DNA of 64,000 bases from Candidatus Micrarchaeota archaeon (GTDB taxonomy: Archaea > Micrarchaeota > Micrarchaeia > Micrarchaeales > CABMGC01), in assembly GCA_027319905.1 (NCBI GenBank), contig DAHVMJ010000001.1, positions 117,630 through 181,629 of the forward strand. Reading direction: 5' to 3'. Of the stretch, positions 46,260-55,005 are shown piece after piece. The stretch's first letter is position 1; each line of letters begins with the position of its first letter. The position numbers and the translations under genes were made by a program. The notes beneath the pieces were generated by a model. It was not told the DNA's origin, did no database searches, and saw only the letters and a program-made list of their open reading frames with translations.

Positions 46260-48028
46260 CAAGCGGTCACCATCACGATAACAAGAACCAGCATGCCTAT
46301 AGCGAAGAGCGCAACGTACGCGTTTATGCTTCCGCTCGCGAACCTCCTCGCACCTCCCGCGGCGCGTATGGTAACGTGCCCGAACCAATCGAACAGCGAA
46401 TTGAGCTTTATGTCAAGATATTCCATTGCCACAGCTATCGCTTCAACAAATCCAGCTATGTGCGTGTACGCCGCGTTGACTATGGTTGCGGTGTATACCG
46501 CGTGCATCAGTCTTTCCGGTTGTACATTTTTCAGCCTGCTCGCTTTCTTTTGCCTGTAGATTGCGTAGCCCGCCACCGCTCCAGCAGTTACCAGAACCGT
46601 CTCGATCACCGCGTGCATTAGCGTCAGGTTCATACCCGCGGACGTTCCACCGACTGCCTGCGAGAGCCCAGAGGTGAAGAACACGACGCTTGATGCCAGC
46701 GCACCAAAGGCGAGTATAGCCATACTGTATGTCATGCTGCGCGGCATCGCCGCATGGTTGAGTTCCCCCCTCTTTCCCCCACTCTTCTTTGTCTGCAGGA
46801 AGAGCCATCTGAAGATGTAGAAACTGGTGGTGAGACTCACTATAGAAATGAGCGCATAGGCGATCAGATTAGTTGAGAAAGCAGAATCGAGCCCTACGTT
46901 TGCGAAGAAGCCTCCGAATGGGATGAAGCCCGCAAGCGAGAGCACACCGAACAGGGTTGTTATGTATAAAAGTCTGTTGTTCTTAAGCCCCGCAACATCA
47001 CGCAGGTCTTCGCTGCCATTTGCTTTGATCGATCCCCCCGCGCTGAAGAAGAGCAGCGCCTTGTAGAAACTCTGCGTAAAGAAGAAATACACCGCTGCAA
47101 GCAGGGCGTTGCTAGCCACAGCAATCAGCATAAGGCCAAGTTCTTCCACTGTGGAATAGGCAAGCACCCGCTTTATGTGGTTCTCAGTAGTGGCCGCGAA
47201 TATGGCTATGGCGACGGTAACCGCACCTATGATCACGATTGCCTGCAGCATGCCTGCCGCCTGGAAGAGCGGAAGCAGTACAAAAGTGACGAATACACCA
47301 GCCTTCACCATGGTGCTGCTGTGGAGGTATGCGGACACAGGCGTTGGGCCTTCCATCGCGTCAGCGAGCCATTCCTGAAGCGGGAACTGCGCTGATTTCG
47401 CCATTACCGCCACAAACAGAAGCGCGGCAGGCAGCACAATCGCATTGCCGCCGCTTGCTATTCCGCTTATGATAGTGCTGAACTGCAGGCTGCCGAAGAT
47501 ATTCTGGAACATGACTATCGAGGCAAGCAACGCTATGTCTCCTATGAACACTATGGTTATCGCCTTTCTCGCGGCAGCGATAGCCTTTTCCCTGTCGTAC
47601 CAGAAGCCGATTAGCATGTAGCTTGTCAGGCTCAGGAAGCTCCACGCGATGAACAGTACGATGAAGTCGCCCGCCATCGCAAAGGTCAGCATCGCAGCCT
47701 CGAAAGCGAGCATTTCTGTGTAGTAGCGGCGTTGCTCGCTCGGGAGATCCATGAAGCCTGCTGAGTAGACCATTATGAGTATGCCTATCACGAGCACGAT
47801 CTGAAGAAGGAGGGCGTTTAGCGGCATCACAGAGGTCGTTAGCGTCAAGCTTAGCTTTCCTATGGAGAACCATGTTGTGCTCTGAACTCCACTTCCGGCA
47901 AGCGGATAGAGAGCAAGGCTGAGCGCCGATGCGCCAATCGCTACGTACTTGGCGTTCTTGTAGGATTTGTTGAGCGCGATTATCAGTATCGCAGCAATCA
48001 ATGGCGCAAGTATTATGAACGGAGTCAA
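46259..48028 (-). CDS. nuoL: Complex I-like oxidoreductase subunit L
   Basis: KSAQFPLQEWLADAMEGPTPVSAYLHSSTMVKAGV. Confidence 0.95.
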   Translation of the reverse strand: MTPFIILAPLIAAILIIALNKSYKNAKYVAIGASALSLALYPLAGSGVQSTTWFSIGKLSLTLTTSVMPLNALLLQIVLVIGILIMVYSAGFMDLPSEQRRYYTEMLAFEAAMLTFAMAGDFIVLFIAWSFLSLTSYMLIGFWYDREKAIAAARKAITIVFIGDIALLASIVMFQNIFGSLQFSTIISGIASGGNAIVLPAALLFVAVMAKSAQFPLQEWLADAMEGPTPVSAYLHSSTMVKAGVFVTFVLLPLFQAAGMLQAIVIIGAVTVAIAIFAATTENHIKRVLAYSTVEELGLMLIAVASNALLAAVYFFFTQSFYKALLFFSAGGSIKANGSEDLRDVAGLKNNRLLYITTLFGVLSLAGFIPFGGFFANVGLDSAFSTNLIAYALISIVSLTTSFYIFRWLFLQTKKSGGKRGELNHAAMPRSMTYSMAILAFGALASSVVFFTSGLSQAVGGTSAGMNLTLMHAVIETVLVTAGAVAGYAIYRQKKASRLKNVQPERLMHAVYTATIVNAAYTHIAGFVEAIAVAMEYLDIKLNSLFDWFGHVTIRAAGGARRFASGSINAYVALFAIGMLVLVIVMVTA

Positions 48029-48029
48029 A

Positions 48030-48332
48030 CTACCACCTTAGCTTAGAAAGCCTGGTCACATCGAAGTCGAAGCCACGCGACTTCATGTATACGTAGAACG
48101 TTATCAGAGCTATGACCTCCACAGCCGCTACAGCCCATATCGCCACTATCATGGGCACAGCTTCTGGACTCGGGCTGGGGGAGTAGGAGAAAAAGTAGAT
48201 GAGAAGTATGCTGCTGGAGATGAACATCAGTTCGACCGCCAGCATTATCACAACAAAATGCCTGTCAGTCACTATGCCGGCAAGGGCTACGGCAAGCAGC
48301 GCAACAGCGGTCAGGAGCAGATAGTTTATCAT
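48030..48332 (-). CDS. nuoK: Complex I-like oxidoreductase subunit K
   Basis: 3 TM segments, AVELM, AVAAVE. Confidence 0.88.
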   Translation of the reverse strand: MINYLLLTAVALLAVALAGIVTDRHFVVIMLAVELMFISSSILLIYFFSYSPSPSPEAVPMIVAIWAVAAVEVIALITFYVYMKSRGFDFDVTRLSKLRW

Positions 48333-48805
48333 CAAACGACCAGTTTTGCAAACCTTTTTATCACAACCACGCTTCCTATAGCAGTGGCGAAAAGCAGAAA
48401 AATCGCGATGAAGAAGAATGCATAATAGCTCGACAGTGCGCTCTGCGCGGCGGTGGAGAAGTCGTTGTTTGCCAGCTGCGCAGTCTGCAGGCCTGAGAGT
48501 GCTGTAAAAAGCGCAGCGGTCATCAGCGCGCCCGCGATTACAAACACGATAGCATTGCGCATCTTCACTCTTTTCTCCTCAGTCGCCACCGCAACCATCA
48601 GGTATGTAGATAGCCCTCCCACGAAGACAAGAAGCTGAAGCAGCGCCACAAGCGGCTGGTTAAGGTAAAGAAAGATGAGCGCGCTTCCGAAGGAGGCGAG
48701 GGCGAGAAAGACCACGGATCGCATCAGTTTCTTCTGCAGAAAGAGCGCCACCCCAGACACTACTGTTATCGCGGAAAGCAGTATTGGGAGAAAGTCGAGC
48801 AACAT
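48332..48805 (-). CDS. nuoJ: Complex I-like oxidoreductase subunit J
   Basis: ALLQLLVFVGG; operon position. Confidence 0.88.
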   Translation of the reverse strand: MLLDFLPILLSAITVVSGVALFLQKKLMRSVVFLALASFGSALIFLYLNQPLVALLQLLVFVGGLSTYLMVAVATEEKRVKMRNAIVFVIAGALMTAALFTALSGLQTAQLANNDFSTAAQSALSSYYAFFFIAIFLLFATAIGSVVVIKRFAKLVV

Positions 48806-48808
48806 CGC

Positions 48809-49174
48809 CTACCCCTGCAGCTCCTCGGGTCGCTTTATGTAGTTCCTCTTGTCATATTCTTCAAAATCGTAACCCTTGGTCAGTGTCAGGCATCTGGGAG
48901 GACATACTTCTTCGCACAGACCGCAGAAAAGGCAGCGTTCTATACCTATCTGCGGCATGACCTTCGGCCCCCTTTCGGTTATGACCTCCACCATGGTTAT
49001 TGTCTTGTTCGGGCAGATGCGCTCGCAAGCAGAGCAGCTTATGCATGTGTCCATATCGAGCCTGAACATGTACCTCTCGCGGTCGTCAAGAGACTCGCGC
49101 ATCTCCGGAAACTCTACAGTGAAGCGTTCCTCTCCCAGACTCTTTATGCTCTCAAGCAGCGGTTTGAGCACCAT
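48809..49174 (-). CDS. nuoI: Complex I-like oxidoreductase subunit I (2x[4Fe-4S])
   Basis: CISCSACERICP and CLFCGLCEEVCP. Confidence 0.95.
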   Translation of the reverse strand: MVLKPLLESIKSLGEERFTVEFPEMRESLDDRERYMFRLDMDTCISCSACERICPNKTITMVEVITERGPKVMPQIGIERCLFCGLCEEVCPPRCLTLTKGYDFEEYDKRNYIKRPEELQG

Positions 49175-49178
49175 CAGG

Positions 49179-50177
49179 TCACCTGATAAATACTAGATAG
49201 GTAAGTATTAAATTAATCAGCGATAGCGGCAGGAGCCAGAGCCACCCGAAGCGCAACAGTCTGTCTATGCGCATGCGTACCATACTTGCCCTCACTATCA
49301 TTATGAAGAAGCTAATGATGAACACCTTTAGCAGTAGCCATACGAACGGAGGCAATATTGGTCCGCTCCAGCCTCCGAAGAAGAGTATCGCGATGAGCAG
49401 GCTTCCGAGGAACATTCGGCTGTAGTCAAGGAACAGGGCAAGCGTGTAGTATGGAGCGCTGACATCAGTCAGCCAGCCAGCTATGAGCTCGTTGTCAGCC
49501 TCGCGTATGTCAAACGGCGGCCTCTCAAGCTCCGCGAGCATGGCCACGAAGAAGACGAAGAAACCAATCGGCATAAGTATGACGAACCACCACTGGCTCT
49601 GCGCGTTTATTAGATTTACCAGATTGTAACCCCCAGCCAGCAGGCCCACAGTAGCTATTACGAAGATTAACGGCACTTCATAGCTCAGCAGCATCACCAC
49701 CGATCGCTGCGCGCTTATAGTAGCGAATTTGTTTCCGCTGCCGAAACCATTGGCGAAGATTATCAGGGGCATGAAAGAAAGGAGAACGAAAATGACCAGA
49801 AGGCCCAGCCCTACGTTGGACTCAAGAAGCGTGGGCGAGAAGGGCAGCAACAGGATCAGGAAGATGGTTAGTGCCAGCATTATCGGTATCGTGCTCAGGA
49901 ACATTAGCCTGTCGGCCCTCTTCGGCAGTACGTGCTCCTTTGAGAGGAGCTTTACGAAGTCCGCCAGGTTCTGAAGTATGCCGTACTTGCCAGCAAAGGT
50001 CGGGCCGTGTCTCCCCTGTATCTTGGCTATCGTCTTTCTTTCCACCCATCCGAACACGTAGTCAAATGCCACTATGAGTATCGATATTGCTATCGCATAC
50101 ACAAGAGCGTCTACCGCCGTGGCAAGCGTACCCGTGAGGTTCAGATAACTGGATACAAAAGACGCTATGGACACCAA
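49179..50177 (-). CDS. nuoH: Complex I-like oxidoreductase subunit H
   Basis: ERK...IQGRHGP, ADFVKLLSKE, AELERPPFD. Confidence 0.95.
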   Translation of the reverse strand: MVSIASFVSSYLNLTGTLATAVDALVYAIAISILIVAFDYVFGWVERKTIAKIQGRHGPTFAGKYGILQNLADFVKLLSKEHVLPKRADRLMFLSTIPIMLALTIFLILLLPFSPTLLESNVGLGLLVIFVLLSFMPLIIFANGFGSGNKFATISAQRSVVMLLSYEVPLIFVIATVGLLAGGYNLVNLINAQSQWWFVILMPIGFFVFFVAMLAELERPPFDIREADNELIAGWLTDVSAPYYTLALFLDYSRMFLGSLLIAILFFGGWSGPILPPFVWLLLKVFIISFFIMIVRASMVRMRIDRLLRFGWLWLLPLSLINLILTYLVFIR

Positions 50178-50178
50178 C

Positions 50179-51270
50179 TCACCTATCCACGTCACCCATC
50201 ACGAGATCAAGGCTGCCGCTTATCGCGAATATGTCCGCTGTCCTGCAGCCCTTCGAAATCTCTGACATGGCGGCAAGGTTGATGAAGGTAGGCGCCCGTA
50301 TGGACAGTCTGTATGGTCTCTGTGGGTCGGCTATCATGTACATGAGGCACTCGCCCCTCGGCAGTTCCCTGCTCACGGAAACCATCCTGTTCTTCGCGCT
50401 TGGAAGTATGAGCTTGATCGGCATGCCCAACGCATCTCCATCTGGCATCCCGGCGAGCGCATCCCTAACAAGCCTTATGCTCTCCCTTATCTCCATCATC
50501 CTGACCTTATACCTGGCGAAGCAGTCACCATCGCTCCTTAGCTGTGGCTTGAAGTTCAGCTTTTCGTAAACATAGTATGTGTTGTTCTTCCTGACGTCAT
50601 AGTCCACGCCAGATCCGCGCAACACCGGGCCTGTGACGCCCAGTTCTATCGCCTTCTCCCTGTCCATCACGCCTACCCCCTTCATCCTTTCCATAAACAG
50701 CGGGCTCGCCTCCAGGAAGTCCTCGTACTTCTTTACCCGCTTCTCAACGTGGTCCATCACCTCTTCCGCCCTTTCCTCAAATCCAGGGGGCAGGTCACGG
50801 ATAAGCCCACCAATTCTCATGTTTACGTAGAACATTCTTGCTCCAGATGCCTCTTCGAGAAGCCGCAGCACAACATCCCTGTCAGCGAAGGTCCACATGA
50901 ACACCGTAAAGAACTGACCAACGTCGTTGGCCATAGTGCCCAGCCAGAGCAGGTGGCTTGCGATCCTCTGTAGTTCGAGTAGCATTGTGCGTATCCACAT
51001 CGCGCGCTCCTTGACCTCAACTCCCATGGCCTTTTCCACCGTGGCAACGTACGCCTCGTCATAGGACATTGGCGCAACATAATCGAGTTTTTCCATGTAA
51101 GGTGGGCTCTGCATGTACATCCGTGTCTCGACCAGCTTCTCCACCCCTCTGTGCAGGAAACCTATGTGCGGCTCGAGTTTCACTACGGTGTCGCCATCTA
51201 TGTCCACCACCAGGCGAAGCACGCCGTGCGTGCTCGGGTGGACAGGCCCTATGTTTATTCTTGTTACCAT
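50179..51270 (-). CDS. nuoD: Complex I-like oxidoreductase subunit D
   Basis: GPVHPSTHGVLRL, GFLHRGVEK, GDVDR C-terminus; no NiFe CxxC motifs. Confidence 0.96.
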   Translation of the reverse strand: MVTRINIGPVHPSTHGVLRLVVDIDGDTVVKLEPHIGFLHRGVEKLVETRMYMQSPPYMEKLDYVAPMSYDEAYVATVEKAMGVEVKERAMWIRTMLLELQRIASHLLWLGTMANDVGQFFTVFMWTFADRDVVLRLLEEASGARMFYVNMRIGGLIRDLPPGFEERAEEVMDHVEKRVKKYEDFLEASPLFMERMKGVGVMDREKAIELGVTGPVLRGSGVDYDVRKNNTYYVYEKLNFKPQLRSDGDCFARYKVRMMEIRESIRLVRDALAGMPDGDALGMPIKLILPSAKNRMVSVSRELPRGECLMYMIADPQRPYRLSIRAPTFINLAAMSEISKGCRTADIFAISGSLDLVMGDVDR

Positions 51271-51273
51271 TGC

Positions 51274-51651
51274 TTAGGCCTCGGTCTCATAGGGCGCATC
51301 CCACACGAAGTTCTTGCGCAGTGGCGCCGCTTTGCCATTCCATTTCTCAAGCAGCAGGCGTTCTGCGTGCCTGCCCTTTATCTGTATGCCGAACATCTCG
51401 AACAGCTCGCGTTCGTACCAGTCTGCCGCAGGAAATGCGTCGATGAGCGTAGGGACCCAAGCATCTGCAGGATCTATCTCCACCTCCACGCTCTCGTCCT
51501 TGTTATGCTCAAGGTCCCTCAGCAGGTACACAACCTCGAGGTACTTCTCATAGTCTACCGCGGTTATTTTGACAAGGTAAGAATAACCCTGGGCTCTGAG
51601 TTCTTTCGCCCTCTGCGTCAAATCTTTCCTGTCAATCTTCAATCTCGCCAC
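51274..51651 (-). CDS. nuoC: Complex I-like oxidoreductase subunit C
   Basis: ITAVD, ADWYERELFEMFGI, PLRK. Confidence 0.93.
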   Translation of the reverse strand: MARLKIDRKDLTQRAKELRAQGYSYLVKITAVDYEKYLEVVYLLRDLEHNKDESVEVEIDPADAWVPTLIDAFPAADWYERELFEMFGIQIKGRHAERLLLEKWNGKAAPLRKNFVWDAPYETEA

Positions 51652-52201
51652 CGATCTTCTTTTGCAGTTTCATGAAGCCCGCGTAGAGATTCTCAGGTTT
51701 CGGAGGGCATCCGACTACGTATACATCTACGGGCAGCACCTGATCAATACCCTTGACTATGTTGTAGCTCTCCCACCACGGCCCCCCGCAAGTGGCGCAC
51801 TCCCCATATGCTATGATGTATCTGGGTTTTAGCATCTGCTCATAGAGTCGCTTTATCTCAGGCACCATTGACTTTGTGACCCAGCCTGCCACGACCATCA
51901 CGTCAGCCTGACGCGGCGTGGCTCTGAAGAAAAGGTAGCCGCGCCTCTCCGCGTCTATCCTCGCCGAGCCGAAGTCCATCAATTCCATTGCGCAACACGA
52001 GAGGCCGAACTGCAGTGGCCAGAGGGATCTCACCCTTGACCATTCCACCAGCCCCTTCGAAAGCGCCTTGCTTACCTCAGAGAGCTTTGCGAACATCACG
52101 TTCGGCTTCGTCTCGTACTTGGACATCGAAGCCCTGACGAGCGCGCTCATCTCCTTCTCTGCGTTCAGGAATCTTTCCTTGTCGTACGGCGGTGTCTCCA
52201 T
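51632..52201 (-). CDS. nuoB: Complex I-like oxidoreductase subunit B
   Basis: GLSCCAME, TPRQAD, GECA..GG, GCPPKPE. Confidence 0.96.
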   Translation of the reverse strand: METPPYDKERFLNAEKEMSALVRASMSKYETKPNVMFAKLSEVSKALSKGLVEWSRVRSLWPLQFGLSCCAMELMDFGSARIDAERRGYLFFRATPRQADVMVVAGWVTKSMVPEIKRLYEQMLKPRYIIAYGECATCGGPWWESYNIVKGIDQVLPVDVYVVGCPPKPENLYAGFMKLQKKIGGEIED

Positions 52202-52348
52202 CTAGTCATCCTCATCGAGATCGGTGAGCCGCTTGTTTCCAAATGGGTGCAGCTCTGCAACGGTGTTGCACTCCTCGCAGTGCGCGCAACCCGATCCCAC
52301 GATGAACACTCCGCCCTCTATTCTACATCCGCATCTCAAAACTTCCAT
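52202..52348 (-). CDS. Cys/His-rich 48-aa microprotein inside the nuo operon (not in ORF track)
   Basis: MEVLRCGCRIEGGVFIVGSGCAHCEECNTVAELHPFGNKRLTDLDEDD; fills the nuoA-nuoB gap exactly with TAGATG junctions at both ends. Confidence 0.8.
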   Translation of the reverse strand: MEVLRCGCRIEGGVFIVGSGCAHCEECNTVAELHPFGNKRLTDLDEDD

Positions 52349-52705
52349 CTAATACACCTTGCTTCTGCTCATGCCGAGCAGGAAAGCCTCAAAGATAAGG
52401 CCGGAGAAGAGCAGGAGCATGATATACACTCCGCTCGAGCTTTGTGCGCTCTTCGTGAACGTTGTCCATATTATCACCACCACGCCTATTATCTCGAAGG
52501 CAATGAAGGCGACGAAATAGTGTAGGTACTCATGCATTATCTCCACTCTTTCACCTACGCTCTCCTCCGCGCTCTCGTACACCAGCGTCTTGACCTCATT
52601 GTTGTCGCTTTTCGGTCTAACCATCCGTGAAAAGAGAAGCGCAGAAACAGGTACCAATACCGCTATCATGGCGAAGATGAGTATCTGAAGGTATTGGTCG
52701 GCCAT
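52349..52705 (-). CDS. nuoA: Complex I-like oxidoreductase subunit A
   Basis: 3 TM segments, K..VYESA, FIAFEI; first gene of the operon. Confidence 0.9.
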   Translation of the reverse strand: MADQYLQILIFAMIAVLVPVSALLFSRMVRPKSDNNEVKTLVYESAEESVGERVEIMHEYLHYFVAFIAFEIIGVVVIIWTTFTKSAQSSSGVYIMLLLFSGLIFEAFLLGMSRSKVY

Positions 52706-52764
52706 TAAATAGCTAATGAACTCAAAATGTTAATATTCGTTGGCATTTTACTAACGCAGACGGT

Positions 52765-53037
52765 GTGCAAGTGGGACTATCTGGCAGGGCGCAGGAAGTA
52801 ATAAGGCAGGGTAGCGTGAAGCTTCGAGTCAACCGCAGCGGCATGTTCCAGCAGATAACGTTCACTGTGAGGAAGGTGAAACTTGGCAACATAGAATACG
52901 TGGAGCTTTTCACCGACCGTATAATCGAGCTCGCCGAACTTGCCAAAATAGCTGAAGAGGTAGGTCTGCCGGCAGAAGCTTCGAACGGCAGGGCGTTTCC
53001 CAAGGGCACAGCGGCCACGGATTTCAAGGCAAACTAA
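52765..53037 (+). CDS. Hypothetical protein
   Basis: 90-aa ORF divergent from nuoA, protein-like composition. Confidence 0.6.
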   Translation: MQVGLSGRAQEVIRQGSVKLRVNRSGMFQQITFTVRKVKLGNIEYVELFTDRIIELAELAKIAEEVGLPAEASNGRAFPKGTAATDFKAN

Positions 53038-53192
53038 GCCTTGCTCATCACACGCCCGCGTTTGCAGGCATTGCATATGCCCAATCTTGCGTCGAAATCA
53101 TTGTCGCATGCCATCTTGCCGCATGCATGGCAGGTGTTTGTGGCCAGTTTGCCGCAGATGTGGCACATCCCCAGCGATTTCCTCAGATCCAT
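53034..53192 (-). CDS. Small zinc-finger protein (52 aa)
   Basis: MDLRKSLGMCHICGKLATNTCHACGKMACDNDFDARLGICNACK; starts 4 nt after the priL stop. Confidence 0.8.
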   Translation of the reverse strand: MDLRKSLGMCHICGKLATNTCHACGKMACDNDFDARLGICNACKRGRVMSKA

Positions 53193-53196
53193 CCTA

Positions 53197-54126
53197 TCAC
53201 TCAAACTCAGCGACCTCCTTGAGCAGTTCCTTCGCTTTGGCAAGGGAAAGCGGACGCAATCCTTTGTTTTTTGCGTACCTGCACTGGTACCTCACATACG
53301 ATTCGTTTATCTTCGTGTTCGGGTTGACCTGCTTGCACCTCTCTATGTAACCTATTATTATCTTCGCCGCGCTCTCCTCATCGAGCCTCTTAACGTTCAC
53401 GAGGTATGGCGCGAAGATCAGGTTAACAGATCTGTGCCTCACGTCTGCAATCGGGTTCGCTAGCAGTTTCTCTATCCACGAATATGCGCCAACTCTGGTT
53501 CCTATGGCCGCTCTCCTCTCCTGAGGCTTTAGGGACCTCGCTGCATCTACAATTTCCTTGGGTAGCAGCTTCTTGTCTATCGGCAGGCCCCTGCCCACAT
53601 CTCTTTCTATCGCGCCTCGCGTCAGAATCAGTAGTTGTCTCACATCAACAGAAACCTTTCCGGCAGAAAGCCGCTGGTTTATCAGCATCGATTCCACATT
53701 CCTCTTCGGAATCGACACGAAGCTCTCAAATCCCATGACAAAATCGTTCTGCTTCCTCTCCACACCGAGTTCCAGCTCGTTGCAAAGTTTCACCATCTCA
53801 TCTATGTTCAGCGCAAGGAACTCCGACGCCGCGTCCGCCTCAGCGGCAGCAAATCTAGCTATGGAGTAGCCATCGCCGATGGCGCTCACGAGCATGCGCG
53901 CGTACGCGTAGCCCATTATGTATCTGAGCTTGACCTCTGTTATACCCCTCGTCCTCTCGTGCGCGATTCTGCCGTTCTTCAGGGTACTGGATATCTGCGC
54001 CACGCCCTCCTGCAGGTATGTGCCATCAACAGCTGTGGCGTTGAGTCCCGCAACTATCTCTTTCGCTTCGCGAGAAAAAGGGTACTTGTAGGCAAAGTCG
54101 AGCTTATCCTGCTGCATGAATAGCAT
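53197..54126 (-). CDS. priL: DNA primase large subunit N-terminal domain with PriX-like C-terminal domain
   Basis: AYKYPFSREAKE, RFAAAEA, LINQRLSAGKV (PriL-NTD); WIEKLL..IADVRHR..LIFAPYLVNVK (PriX-like); follows pcna. Confidence 0.85.
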   Translation of the reverse strand: MLFMQQDKLDFAYKYPFSREAKEIVAGLNATAVDGTYLQEGVAQISSTLKNGRIAHERTRGITEVKLRYIMGYAYARMLVSAIGDGYSIARFAAAEADAASEFLALNIDEMVKLCNELELGVERKQNDFVMGFESFVSIPKRNVESMLINQRLSAGKVSVDVRQLLILTRGAIERDVGRGLPIDKKLLPKEIVDAARSLKPQERRAAIGTRVGAYSWIEKLLANPIADVRHRSVNLIFAPYLVNVKRLDEESAAKIIIGYIERCKQVNPNTKINESYVRYQCRYAKNKGLRPLSLAKAKELLKEVAEFE

Positions 54127-54155
54127 TGGTAATTCAAGCTTTATAACCAGCTAGT

Positions 54156-54902
54156 TCACTCTTCGACGTACGGAGCCAAGAAATATGTTACTGCCGCGTC
54201 TCCTATGTTGTACGTGAGCTTGAGCGGCTGGTCGCTCTTTATAGAAAGCTTGATGCTGTTGCCCATCGGGCTCGAGCGCACCATGTTCTCAAGGAACTCA
54301 AGGTTGAAAACCGACTCCGCATCCTTGCTCGCATCGAGTTTCCTTATCCCAGTGCCATCGACCTCGTTCAGTTCCTCCAGGTCGCCCGAGTCACCCTTCG
54401 CGCTTATAGTGAAGTGCCCCTTGCCCGCCTTGAATGCTATGTACGAGGAGATGAGCGATGCGTCCTTGAGCGCGTTTTTCAGGTGCTCGCCGTCGACCTC
54501 TACCTGCGCATCGAACTCCACTTTTGGCTCCTTGTCGTCCTTCTTCCTCACGTCTATGAGGTGGAGCCTGTATCTTCTCCTGCTCTTCGCTCCCACGAAT
54601 TCGAGTAGAAGCTTGCCTTCTGCCTCCTTTATCACAAGCGCCTCATCGTCCCTTGTCCTTGACATTATCTTGCTAAGGTTGTCTATGTTGAGCCCCACAT
54701 CCTGGCCTTTGTCTATCTCGTACTTGGAGAATGCCTTGCTCGGCATACTGAAAGATATCATGCTTATTCCAGAGGGATCCATGGCACGCAGTGAGATGCC
54801 ATCCTTGCTTATGTTGAAAGTGCCCTCATCAACAAGACTCACTATTGCTTCAACACAGTCCCTCCAATACTTAGCGTTGTCTAGTTTCAGTTCAAAAGAC
54901 AT
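54156..54902 (-). CDS. pcn: DNA polymerase sliding clamp PCNA
   Basis: LRAMDPS, YFLAP; 248 aa. Confidence 0.97.
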   Translation of the reverse strand: MSFELKLDNAKYWRDCVEAIVSLVDEGTFNISKDGISLRAMDPSGISMISFSMPSKAFSKYEIDKGQDVGLNIDNLSKIMSRTRDDEALVIKEAEGKLLLEFVGAKSRRRYRLHLIDVRKKDDKEPKVEFDAQVEVDGEHLKNALKDASLISSYIAFKAGKGHFTISAKGDSGDLEELNEVDGTGIRKLDASKDAESVFNLEFLENMVRSSPMGNSIKLSIKSDQPLKLTYNIGDAAVTYFLAPYVEE

Positions 54903-55005
54903 CAAAGCCCCCTTGCAATTATCTTAACGAGATAAATATATAAGCCATAGCATGGCGACGGAATAATATCGAGAAAGGCACATAATCCTTTCATACCATG
55001 AGTAG

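Noticed and set aside
50179..52201. Group 4 [NiFe]-hydrogenase
   Set aside because: The large subunit lacks both CxxC nickel-binding motifs and ends in GDVDR, as in NuoD.
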